A stretch of DNA of 57,205 nucleotides, taken from NCBI GenBank assembly GCA_043825735.1, contig JBDRRP010000016.1, positions 1 through 57,205 on the forward strand, written 5' to 3'. Of this stretch, positions 41,599 to 50,529 are shown in pieces. The DNA is from Pseudomonadota bacterium (GTDB taxonomy: Bacteria; Desulfobacterota; Desulfobacteria; Desulfobacterales; JBDRRP01). Under the pieces are notes generated by a model. It had not been told where the DNA came from. It ran no database searches and worked only from the letters and a program-made list of their open reading frames with translations. Both the position numbers and the translations under genes were made by a program. Numbering within the stretch: the stretch's first letter is position 1; each line of letters opens with the position of its first letter.

Positions 41599-43305
41599 AT
41601 GGCCAGGCGTTCTCATCGTGAAACAAGGCCACCATCGCCCGTTGAGCATGGCGCCGTCCGGAAACCGTGGGCGCGATGTCTGCGCATTGCATTGGTCTAT
41701 CCCAATGTCTATCGCCTCGGCATGTCCAACCTTGGTTTCCAGACGGTTTACCGACTGCTTAACGCCATGGAGGGGGTGCTGTGCGAGCGGGTTTTTCTGC
41801 CGGAGCCCTCGGCGGGAATGCCCCTCAGTGTCGAATCGTCACAACCGCTGGACCGGTTTCACGTTGTCGCGTTCAGCATTTCCTTTGAAAATGATTTCCC
41901 CGGGATGCTTCACATCCTGGAGCGTGCAGGCCTCCCCCTGGCGTCGGCGCAACGAGGGTCCCCCCACCCCCTTGTCGTCGCCGGGGGAGTCGCCTGCTGG
42001 CTGAACCCGGAGCCCATCGCCGCGTTTATCGACGTTTTCCTGCTGGGAGAAGCCGAAGTCTTCATCACCGATTTCGTCGCCGCCGTGGACACCACCGCGA
42101 CCCGCAGCGACCTGCTGCTGCGCATCGCACAAACCGTCCCCGGCGCCTACGTGCCTGGATTCTACGAGACGGCCTACCTTCCCCACGGCCCGATCGGTCG
42201 TTTCACACCCACAGCCGACGTTCCTGATCGGATTCGACCGCCGTGGGTTGCCGACCTGAACAATCACCCGACCCGGTCTGCCATTGTCTCCGACCAAAGC
42301 GCCTTCGATGACACCTATCTTGTTGAAATCGGACGGGGCTGCCCCCATGGATGCCGATTCTGCAGCGCAGGCTTTCTCTACCGCCCGCCACGTTTCAGGG
42401 ATACCGGCGTGCTGGCTGAAACCATATCCGCCGGTACGCAATGGACCCGCCGCATCGGGTTGGTGGGCGCGGCGGTCTCTGACCTGCCGGGGCTGGGCGC
42501 CCTGTGTCAATTGCCGTCGCTCTCGGGGCTGCGGCTGTCCTTCAGTTCGCTGCGGGCGGACGCCCTGACGCCGACGTTGATTGACATCCTCCGGAAAAAC
42601 CGTGTCAAGACCGCCACCATCGCCCCGGACGCCGGCAGCGAGCGAATGCGCCGCGTCATCAACAAGGGAATCACCGAGTCTGAGATTCTCACCGCGGCCG
42701 GCGATCTGGTCGCCGGCGGTATCCCCAATCTCAAGCTCTACTTCATGATCGGGCTTCCCACGGAAACCGCCGAAGATGTGACGGCCATCATCGATCTGTG
42801 CGCAAAGATCCGGGAGTGCTGGCTGGCGGCCAGCCGGCGTGTAGGCCACATCGGCACCATCCAGGTCAGCGTCAATAGCTTCGTTCCCAAACCGGTGACA
42901 CCATTTCAGTGGGTCGGAATGGATGACAAAAAAAATCTGAAGCAGAAAATCAAAATGCTGCGAGAAGCGCTGCAGCCCGTGCCCAATGTCCGTTTGAAGG
43001 TGGAAAGCCTGAACGAATCAGTGATCCAGGCCATACTCTCCCGGGGTGATCGTCGTTTGTCTCACGTTTTACGCCGCATCAGCGCCGGCACACCCTGGGC
43101 GTCCGCGTTGAGCGCCGAAGGGCTCGATTCAGACTTCTATGCCACTCGGCAGCGTCCCACCGATGAATTACTGCCATGGCACTTCATCGATCACGGGCTC
43201 AGTTCCGGTTTTTTGCAGCACGAATACACCCGCGCGCTGTCGGCCAAACCCAGCCCCCCCTGCCCCATAGTCAACTGTAGCCGCTGCGGCGTCTGCCCGT
43301 CATAG
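41599..43305 (+). CDS. Radical SAM protein with N-terminal B12-binding-like domain
   Basis: YPNVYRLGMSNLG, EIGRGCPHGCRFC (CxxxCxxC), YFMIGLP and a C-terminal Cys cluster CSRCGVC. Confidence 0.85.
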   Translation: MARRSHRETRPPSPVEHGAVRKPWARCLRIALVYPNVYRLGMSNLGFQTVYRLLNAMEGVLCERVFLPEPSAGMPLSVESSQPLDRFHVVAFSISFENDFPGMLHILERAGLPLASAQRGSPHPLVVAGGVACWLNPEPIAAFIDVFLLGEAEVFITDFVAAVDTTATRSDLLLRIAQTVPGAYVPGFYETAYLPHGPIGRFTPTADVPDRIRPPWVADLNNHPTRSAIVSDQSAFDDTYLVEIGRGCPHGCRFCSAGFLYRPPRFRDTGVLAETISAGTQWTRRIGLVGAAVSDLPGLGALCQLPSLSGLRLSFSSLRADALTPTLIDILRKNRVKTATIAPDAGSERMRRVINKGITESEILTAAGDLVAGGIPNLKLYFMIGLPTETAEDVTAIIDLCAKIRECWLAASRRVGHIGTIQVSVNSFVPKPVTPFQWVGMDDKKNLKQKIKMLREALQPVPNVRLKVESLNESVIQAILSRGDRRLSHVLRRISAGTPWASALSAEGLDSDFYATRQRPTDELLPWHFIDHGLSSGFLQHEYTRALSAKPSPPCPIVNCSRCGVCPS

Positions 43306-43581
43306 CACCACCGTTTTCCGGCCAGCGAAAACTGACACCCGGCAGCCGCGCCGCCCCCTTGCCACAAGAATTTGCAGGGCCGGCGCATCACCCGGCGCCG
43401 TGAACACCGGGCCAGTGGACGCGGTCTTCGGCGAATACCGAAATAGCTATTATTTATAGTAGTATAGGCGATTTGCCGCGGGCAAAAATGACTTGCAAGC
43501 CGCTGACCGTTATGATAGTCGTCCCATGGTTTACAATCACCCCGCTATTACAGCTGCCACACTGAAAGGATCACTGCGCCC

Positions 43582-44025
43582 ATGACATCGAACACGCATC
43601 TCCAGATCGCGTATCGGCTGGCCATAGTGTTATTGGTGATAGGTGTTTTGAGCTACGCTGCATTTCCTGCCAAAGGGCCTGACACACCGGTCCGTCTCGT
43701 CTACAAAACCATGGCCGGAAAAGTTTACTTCGACCATAAAACCCACTTGGCCGATAAGGGATACGGCCTTGCCTGCCTCGACTGTCATCACCACCCGACC
43801 GATGACAGTGACGCGGCGCTTCAGATCGCCAATTGCGGCACGTGCCACGCCAAACCGGAACAAATGGAAAACACTGCCAAAGCCTGCAACGAATGCCACG
43901 ACAGCAGTGACTACGATCTCTCGGAAATGCTGGTCAGAGCCGACGCTTTTCACAACCAGTGTATCAGCTGCCACAAGGAATTCGGCAAAGGTCCGGCCGC
44001 TTGCGCCGGGTGCCACGTACTTTAA
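43582..44025 (+). CDS. Class III (cytochrome c3-type) multiheme cytochrome with 5 CxxCH motifs
   Basis: N-terminal hydrophobic segment; VYFDHKTH; CLDCH, CGTCH, CNECH, CISCH and CAGCH. Confidence 0.88.
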   Translation: MTSNTHLQIAYRLAIVLLVIGVLSYAAFPAKGPDTPVRLVYKTMAGKVYFDHKTHLADKGYGLACLDCHHHPTDDSDAALQIANCGTCHAKPEQMENTAKACNECHDSSDYDLSEMLVRADAFHNQCISCHKEFGKGPAACAGCHVL

Positions 44026-44093
44026 TCCTGATCCGCTCTGGTTGAAACGATGGCGACACCTGTGAAACGCCGTAACCCCGTAAAGGTCATGCC

Positions 44094-45377
44094 ATGATGA
44101 AGAAACCTTTTTTTGGATGGTCCAAGCCACAATTTCCCCTGCTGCGCCCCACCGAGACCCTTGCACCGGTCCTGCGTATCGACGCCCCCAAGCACCTTTC
44201 CCTGTATTGTGAGCTGTCGGCAGGCGATGACGCCGCGCCACCGCTTAAAAAGGGGGATGCCGTGACATCGGGGCAGCGCCTGCTGGCCGGCGGCTCACCG
44301 GCGGCTTATGTGATTGCACCGGCGGGCGGCACCATCACCGCAGTGACTGCGGTCGCCGGCGATTTTGGGCGGCGCTTTGTGCAAGTGGAGATCGAAACGG
44401 ATGTTGCGGCAGCCTCAGATGACCAGTTCGCCGCCGCCGTCGAAGCGCTCACCATAAATACCCTGACTGGTTTTCTTCAGCAGGTCCCGGGCAAACCGCC
44501 GCTATCGCTGTTGAGCGACCCGCAGCACCCCATCAAGACCATCGTTGTCTCCGGCGTGGATGAAGACCTTCTGTGCGCCACCCGGCAGTATATTATCGGC
44601 GAAAAACCCGAATACATCGAAAAAGGCGTGGCCGTGCTGAAAACGGCGACCGGCGTCACCGACATCGTTCTGGTCGTTGCCCGCGATACCATCCAGTCCA
44701 TCGGCGGCATGGGGGTCAGGGCGGTTTCTGTCCCCGGCGCCTACCCCGCCGGGCTGCCGCAGCTGATGATCAAAAGTGCCCTTGGCGTCGAATTGCCGGC
44801 CGGCAGCCGCCCTGAGGAAATGGGGATCTGCATCATCAGCGTCGAAGCGGTGGCCGCCATCGGGCAGGCATTCGCGGAAAAACGGATCCCGACGCGCAAG
44901 ACCTTTTCGCTTATCAACAAAGCCGGCGGGGTCCGAATGGTAGAGGCCCCCATCGGCACCCCCATCGGCGACGTCTTGGCGGCCGGCGGCATCACGGTCA
45001 ACGACCAGGATCGCATCATACTGGGCGGGCCCATGCGCGGCAGCGCGGTGTGGTCCCTGGCAGCGTCCATCATGGCCGACACCGACGCCCTGATGGTGCA
45101 GGATCGACAGGATCTGCCGGTCATTTCATCCTATCCCTGCATCAACTGTGGAGACTGCATCGGCGTGTGCCCGGCGCACATTCCCGTCAGTATGCTGGTC
45201 CGGTTCCTGGAGGCCGGACAATACCAGGATGCCGTCGACGCCTACGATCTGCTTTCCTGCGTGGAATGCGGTCTGTGCAGCTTCTACTGTGTCGCCCAGA
45301 TTCCCATCTTCCAGTATATCCGTCTGGCGAAATACGAAATTGCACGCATTCAGCAGATGGAGGAAGCCAATGTTTAG
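44094..45377 (+). CDS. rnfC: RnfC-like subunit with degenerate NADH/FMN motifs
   Basis: KKGDAVTSGQ, YPAG, SLBB segment (PIGTPI...GGPMRG) and two 4Fe-4S motifs CINCGDC...CP and CVECGLC; operon position. Confidence 0.85.
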   Translation: MMKKPFFGWSKPQFPLLRPTETLAPVLRIDAPKHLSLYCELSAGDDAAPPLKKGDAVTSGQRLLAGGSPAAYVIAPAGGTITAVTAVAGDFGRRFVQVEIETDVAAASDDQFAAAVEALTINTLTGFLQQVPGKPPLSLLSDPQHPIKTIVVSGVDEDLLCATRQYIIGEKPEYIEKGVAVLKTATGVTDIVLVVARDTIQSIGGMGVRAVSVPGAYPAGLPQLMIKSALGVELPAGSRPEEMGICIISVEAVAAIGQAFAEKRIPTRKTFSLINKAGGVRMVEAPIGTPIGDVLAAGGITVNDQDRIILGGPMRGSAVWSLAASIMADTDALMVQDRQDLPVISSYPCINCGDCIGVCPAHIPVSMLVRFLEAGQYQDAVDAYDLLSCVECGLCSFYCVAQIPIFQYIRLAKYEIARIQQMEEANV

Positions 45378-46332
45378 CTCTCAGAAGAAATTCGTCGTCT
45401 CGCACGCCCCCTTCTGGCACTGCGGCAGCAACCTGCGGGAGAGAAGCTATACGACGCTGCTGGCCACACTGCCGGCGGTCGTCTTCGGCATCCTCCAATA
45501 CGGCATTCCCGCCATCGCAGTCGTCTGCCTTAGCGTGTCCACGGCCATTTTATGGGAAACGCTGATGAACCGCCTCATGAAGCGCCCGGATACCGTCGGT
45601 GACGGCAATGCGGCGCTGATCGGCATCGTCCTGGCCATGCTCATGCCGGCGCCGACCCCCTGGTGGATCGTCATCACCGGCACCTTCATCGCCATCGTCA
45701 TCGCCAAACAGATCTTCGGCGGCATCGGCAGCAACCCCTTTAACCCGGCCGCGCTGGCCATGGCCATTCTCATGGTGAGCTGGGCGGACTTCTTCGATTT
45801 CGATCAGGCGCTGCGAAACTATGATTTCGGGTTTATCGCCGCCTACCCGCTGGCCACCCTGAAACACTTCGGCGTAGATGCCATCAACGGATACAGCCTC
45901 CGGGGCCTTCTCCTGGGCCAGCAGGCCGGTGGCATCGGGGCGACATTCGGCATCGGGCTGATCGTCGGCGGACTGTATCTCATCGCCCGCGGATTCATCC
46001 GTCTGGAAATCGCCTTCTCCTATCTGGCCGGTGTTTTTATCACCGCGATGCTGTTCAACATTACAAACCCGGCCGCCTATGCCGGGCCGTTCTTTCATAT
46101 CTTTACCGGATACACCCTGATCGCCGCCTTTTTTCTCATGCCGGAAGATTCCTCGTCCCCGGTCAACCCGGTACCCATGATTCTATATGGGCTGCTCGGC
46201 GGCATCATGACCGTCTTGATTCGCAACATCGGCGCCTATGTCGACGGCGCCATTTTCGCCGTTCTGGTGGCCAATCTGGTGAATCCCCTGCTCGACAAGA
46301 TTCGCCCCAAAGCGCTGGGAAAGGTGATGTGA
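45370..46332 (+). CDS. rnfD: RnfD membrane subunit
   Basis: SHAPF, AKQIFGGIGSNPFNPA and FAVLVAN motifs. Confidence 0.9.
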   Translation: MFSSQKKFVVSHAPFWHCGSNLRERSYTTLLATLPAVVFGILQYGIPAIAVVCLSVSTAILWETLMNRLMKRPDTVGDGNAALIGIVLAMLMPAPTPWWIVITGTFIAIVIAKQIFGGIGSNPFNPAALAMAILMVSWADFFDFDQALRNYDFGFIAAYPLATLKHFGVDAINGYSLRGLLLGQQAGGIGATFGIGLIVGGLYLIARGFIRLEIAFSYLAGVFITAMLFNITNPAAYAGPFFHIFTGYTLIAAFFLMPEDSSSPVNPVPMILYGLLGGIMTVLIRNIGAYVDGAIFAVLVANLVNPLLDKIRPKALGKVM

Positions 46333-46333
46333 C

Positions 46334-46927
46334 ATGCGTGAGATGATCAATATGGTAGTGGTCCTGACCGTGCTGAGCGCCTTTTCCGGAGGATTGCTGG
46401 CGGCGCTGAAAGACGGCACCAAGGAACGCATCGAAAACCAGGAATTGAGCCTCGTTAAAGGCCCTGCCGTCATGAATCTGCTCAAGGGGGCCAGCAACGA
46501 TCCGTTGACGGATCGTTTCAAGATGAAGGTCGGTGAGGCCGAGAAAAGCTTCTTCGTGGGTGTATTCGACGGGAAACCCAACTCCGTCGCCTTCGAAGTC
46601 CCCGGAAAGGGGTTTGCCGACAACATCGGGCTGATGGTGGGGTTTAACGTCGATACCGACAAACTCATCGGCGTCAATGTCACCACTATCAAGGACACCC
46701 CCGGACTTGGCGCCAATGCCAAGGAAGATCCGAAATGGGCGGCCCAGTTCAGCGGCAAATCCGTTGATGAAACGTTTAAAGTCACTGCTGACGGCGGTGA
46801 TATCAACGCCATCAGCGGCGCCACCATCACCTCCCAGGGTGTTTGCAACGCGGCCAACGATGCCGCGAATATCTATAAGGAAATCAAACCGGAGTTGCTC
46901 ACCAAACTCAAGGAAGTCAAACCATAG
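46334..46927 (+). CDS. rnfG: RnfG FMN-binding subunit
   Basis: N-terminal TM, DTPGLG and ISGATITS flavinylation motif. Confidence 0.92.
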   Translation: MREMINMVVVLTVLSAFSGGLLAALKDGTKERIENQELSLVKGPAVMNLLKGASNDPLTDRFKMKVGEAEKSFFVGVFDGKPNSVAFEVPGKGFADNIGLMVGFNVDTDKLIGVNVTTIKDTPGLGANAKEDPKWAAQFSGKSVDETFKVTADGGDINAISGATITSQGVCNAANDAANIYKEIKPELLTKLKEVKP

Positions 46928-46939
46928 GGAGTTTTTCCG

Positions 46940-47554
46940 ATGGCCAAATCGCTTACGCAAGAGTTCGTTAAAGGCCTGTGGCAGGAAATTCCACCGTTTC
47001 GACTGGTGCTGGGCCTGTGCCCGACGCTCGGTGTGACCACCAGCATGAAAAACGGCATCGGTATGGGTGTGGCAACAGCCTTCGTTCTGATTTGCGGCAA
47101 CATCCTGGTGTCCATGCTACGCAAGATTATCCCTTCGAAGGTGCGCATCGCCTGCTATATCATTATCATCGCCACTTTCGTCATCGTCGTGGAACTGCTC
47201 ATGCAGGCATTCGCCTACGAATTGTTCCAGGCCCTGGGGGTATTTATCCCGCTCATCGTCGTCAACTGCATCCTGCTCGGCCGAGCGGAAGCTTTTGCAT
47301 CCAAAAACGGGATACTGCCTTCCTTTGCCGACGGGTTGGGTATTGGCATCGGTTTCACCTTGTCACTGGCAACACTGGGCGGCATTCGCGAAATCATCGG
47401 CAAGGGGACGCTGACCTTTTGGGGCGACCCTTTGTTCAACATTGCCCATGCCTTCCCCGGCTTTCAGCCCTTCGGGTTTGCGGTCCAGGCACCGGGCGCC
47501 TTTATTTTCCTTGGCCTCATGCTCTGCTTTATGAACCTCGCGGGCAGCAAATAG
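46940..47554 (+). CDS. rnfE: RnfE membrane subunit
   Basis: LGLCPTLGVT, PLIVVNCILLGRAE and APGAF motifs. Confidence 0.93.
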   Translation: MAKSLTQEFVKGLWQEIPPFRLVLGLCPTLGVTTSMKNGIGMGVATAFVLICGNILVSMLRKIIPSKVRIACYIIIIATFVIVVELLMQAFAYELFQALGVFIPLIVVNCILLGRAEAFASKNGILPSFADGLGIGIGFTLSLATLGGIREIIGKGTLTFWGDPLFNIAHAFPGFQPFGFAVQAPGAFIFLGLMLCFMNLAGSK

Positions 47555-47564
47555 GAGATAACCG

Positions 47565-48140
47565 ATGGGCGATCTGATCGTTCTTGCCATCAGCTGTATT
47601 TTTGTCAACAATATCCTTTTGGCGCAGTTTCTGGGCAACTGCCCCTTTTTAGGCACGTCTAAAAAGATGGAAACCGCCATTGGCATGGCCATGGCGGTCA
47701 TCTTTGTTCTTGTGATGGCCGGCGTCATCACCTGGCTGGTCCAGTATTATCTGTTGGTCCCCTTCGGCCTGGTCTACCTTCGCACCATCGCCTTTATCCT
47801 CGTGATCGCTGCGCTGGTGCAGTTTGTCGAAATGTTTTTAAAAAAAAGCATTCCTGCATTATATGCCGGCCTGGGCATTTTTCTGCCGCTGATTACGACC
47901 AACTGCGCCGTCATGGGCGTTTGCGTCATCAACATCGACAAAGAATACACCTTCATCCAAACGGTTGTCACATCGTTTACTTACGCGGCCGGTTTTGGCC
48001 TTGCGCTGGTCCTGTTTGCCGGCGTGCGCGAACGGATCCTGCTGGCGCGCGTTCCCAAACCGCTTCAAGATACATCCATCGCACTGGTCACGGCAGGTAT
48101 TTTGTCCCTGACCTTTTTCGCCTTTCGCGGCATGGTCTGA
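47565..48140 (+). CDS. rnfA: RnfA membrane subunit
   Basis: NNILLAQFLGNCP, LPLITTNCAVMG and GVRER motifs. Confidence 0.93.
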   Translation: MGDLIVLAISCIFVNNILLAQFLGNCPFLGTSKKMETAIGMAMAVIFVLVMAGVITWLVQYYLLVPFGLVYLRTIAFILVIAALVQFVEMFLKKSIPALYAGLGIFLPLITTNCAVMGVCVINIDKEYTFIQTVVTSFTYAAGFGLALVLFAGVRERILLARVPKPLQDTSIALVTAGILSLTFFAFRGMV

Positions 48141-48271
48141 TCCGTCGGACTTTCACAGTGAAAGGACCAGTGGAGACGCACCGGAGCAGTAACGAGATCG
48201 TCCTGCGGCTGAACGAACTACAGCCGGCCGCTTTCCGGGTCTAACCGTTTGCCATCTTCGGAGGTTGCATC

Positions 48272-50359
48272 GTGTTATCAGCCATCATCGTCCTCCTCAG
48301 CATCGGCGCTACCTGTGGCATTATCCTGAGTGTGGCTTCCAAAGTCTTCTACGTCTGGGAAGACCCGCGCATCGCTGAAATCGAAGGCAATCTCGCCGGC
48401 GCCAACTGCGGCGGGTGCGGGTTCGCCGGCTGCTCGGCCGCCGCGGTGGCAGTCGTGGGCGGCAAGGCAACGCCCAGTGTGTGCGTAGTGGCCGGCCCTG
48501 AAACCGCCGTCGCCGTCGCCGGAATCATGGGCATCGATCCGGGCACTGCCGAACCGCTCAAATCGAAAAATTTCTGCGACGGCGGAGATCGCGCCGAAAA
48601 CCGATTCCATTATATGGGTGTTTCCACCTGCAACGCCCTGGCCGCTTTCTACGGCGGCAAACGGGTGTGCCATGTGGGTTGCCTTGGCCAAGGTGACTGC
48701 GTGCGCTCCTGCAAGTTCAACGCGATCCACATGGGTCCCAACGGTTTTCCGGTGGTCGACGAGACGGCCTGTGTCGGCTGCGGGGCCTGCGAAAAGGCGT
48801 GTCCCAAGCACATCCTCACCGTCCGGACCATGAGCCAGCGGCTGCTGCATTTCAACCAGACCGAAGATGCGCTGGCTCCGTGTGCGCAAACGTGCCCGGC
48901 CGAAATCGACATTCCCCGCTATATCGCCCAGATCCATGACGGCGACTACGCCGGCGCAGTGCACACCATCCGAGAACGAAACCCGCTGCTGCTGGCCTGC
49001 GGACGCGTGTGCCCGCATCCCTGCGAGAATTTCTGCCGTCGCGGCATCGAAGACGATGCGGTTTCCATCAACCAGTTGAAACGGTTTGTGGCCGATTACG
49101 AAATGAAGTCGGGCGCCCGCCTGCCGGTGGCGTGTGCGCCGGATACCGGCAAAAAGGTAGCCGTCGTTGGCGGCGGCCCCGCCGGTTTGAGTTGTGCCTT
49201 CTTTCTGCGGCGCCTGGGTCATGCGGTGACCATTTTCGATATGATGCCCGAGCTCGGCGGTATGATCCGCTACGGCATTCCCGAATACCGCCTGCCCAAG
49301 GCCGTCCTCAAGTGGGAGACCGACGGGATACTCAACCTGGGCATTGACGCAAAGACCGGTGTGCGCTTTGGCAAAGACGTCACCGTCGCCTCGCTGCAGG
49401 AAGACGGATACGATGCCATCTTCCTCGGCATCGGCGCCTGGAAAGACTACAGCTTGAACGTGCCGGGCGAAGATCTTGACGGCTGCTACACGGGCATCAA
49501 CTTTCTCACCCGCTTTGCCGAAGACCAGCAGTCTGCAGCCCCCAAGGGCTTTCCCATCGGCAAAAAATGCGCGGTGATCGGCGGCGGCAACACTGCCATC
49601 GACTGCGTGCGGACGCTGGTGCGGTTGGGCGCCGATGAGGTCAATCTGGTGTACCGGCGCACCCGAACCGAAATGCCGGCCAACGATGTCGAAATCGTGG
49701 CGGCTGAACACGAAGGGATCAGATTCACGTTTCTGGCAGCTCCCGTGCGGGTCGTCGGCGATGACAACGGCAAGGTCACCGGGCTTGAAATCCAGATGAT
49801 GGCTCTCGGGGAGCCGGACGCCAGTGGCCGCCGCCGACCCGTTCCCGTCGAAGGTTCGGAGGTTGTCATTGAAGCCGACATGGTCGTCACCGCCATCGGC
49901 CAGGGGCCCGATGTCTCCTTCAAAAACGCCGACCGCAAGCTTGGCGAACTTCAGATCACCCGGTGGAATACCATCGACAATGATCCTGAAATACTTCAGT
50001 CCAATATTCCCTTCGTATTCACGGCAGGCGATGCCGCCACCGGCGCCAGCCTGGTCGTGGAGGCCATCGGCGGCGGTCGCCGGGCGGCGCGCTCCATCCA
50101 TCGCTTTCTCATGGAAGAGGAAGTAACGCCGGTCCCGCAATCGCTGCGAAAGAAACACATTCCCGAGTCGCTATTTGAAACGGTCCCGGGCGTTGAGAAA
50201 AAGACCAGGACCCCCATGCCGGAGATGCCGGTGGCCGAGCGGATCAAATCTTTTGATGAAGCCGATCTGGTCATCAGCGAAGATGCCGCCCGGCATGAAT
50301 CCGGCCGGTGCCTCTCCTGCTGCCGGATCTGCTACAACCCCGACACAAAAGCCGCATAA
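48272..50359 (+). CDS. rnfB: RnfB fused to a GltD/NfnB-like FAD/NAD(P)H oxidoreductase
   Basis: RnfB part: TM, GANCGGCG, two ferredoxin motifs. Then PCAQTCP, CGRVCPHPCE..C, GGGPAG, YGIPEYRLP, GGGNTAID, YRR and AGD. GTG start with SD GGAGG. Confidence 0.88.
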   Translation: MLSAIIVLLSIGATCGIILSVASKVFYVWEDPRIAEIEGNLAGANCGGCGFAGCSAAAVAVVGGKATPSVCVVAGPETAVAVAGIMGIDPGTAEPLKSKNFCDGGDRAENRFHYMGVSTCNALAAFYGGKRVCHVGCLGQGDCVRSCKFNAIHMGPNGFPVVDETACVGCGACEKACPKHILTVRTMSQRLLHFNQTEDALAPCAQTCPAEIDIPRYIAQIHDGDYAGAVHTIRERNPLLLACGRVCPHPCENFCRRGIEDDAVSINQLKRFVADYEMKSGARLPVACAPDTGKKVAVVGGGPAGLSCAFFLRRLGHAVTIFDMMPELGGMIRYGIPEYRLPKAVLKWETDGILNLGIDAKTGVRFGKDVTVASLQEDGYDAIFLGIGAWKDYSLNVPGEDLDGCYTGINFLTRFAEDQQSAAPKGFPIGKKCAVIGGGNTAIDCVRTLVRLGADEVNLVYRRTRTEMPANDVEIVAAEHEGIRFTFLAAPVRVVGDDNGKVTGLEIQMMALGEPDASGRRRPVPVEGSEVVIEADMVVTAIGQGPDVSFKNADRKLGELQITRWNTIDNDPEILQSNIPFVFTAGDAATGASLVVEAIGGGRRAARSIHRFLMEEEVTPVPQSLRKKHIPESLFETVPGVEKKTRTPMPEMPVAERIKSFDEADLVISEDAARHESGRCLSCCRICYNPDTKAA

Positions 50360-50362
50360 ATC

Positions 50363-50408
50363 ATAAATCAAGAGGCCGCCGACAACGCCGGCGGCCTCTT
50401 GATTTATA
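50363..50408. terminator. Hairpin terminator after rnfB (probably bidirectional)
   Basis: ATAAATCAAGAGGCCGCCG-acaacgc-CGGCGGCCTCTTGATTTAT. Confidence 0.8.
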
Positions 50409-50529
50409 TATTAAAACCTACCTGTTTACGCACTATTCTCCAATTAATGGACAGGCGCTGTTTGTGCAAATAAAATTCGTCATTGCACAGAAGCGCCCAC
50501 CGCTGCATTCCATATTGTGGCGCCGGGGG

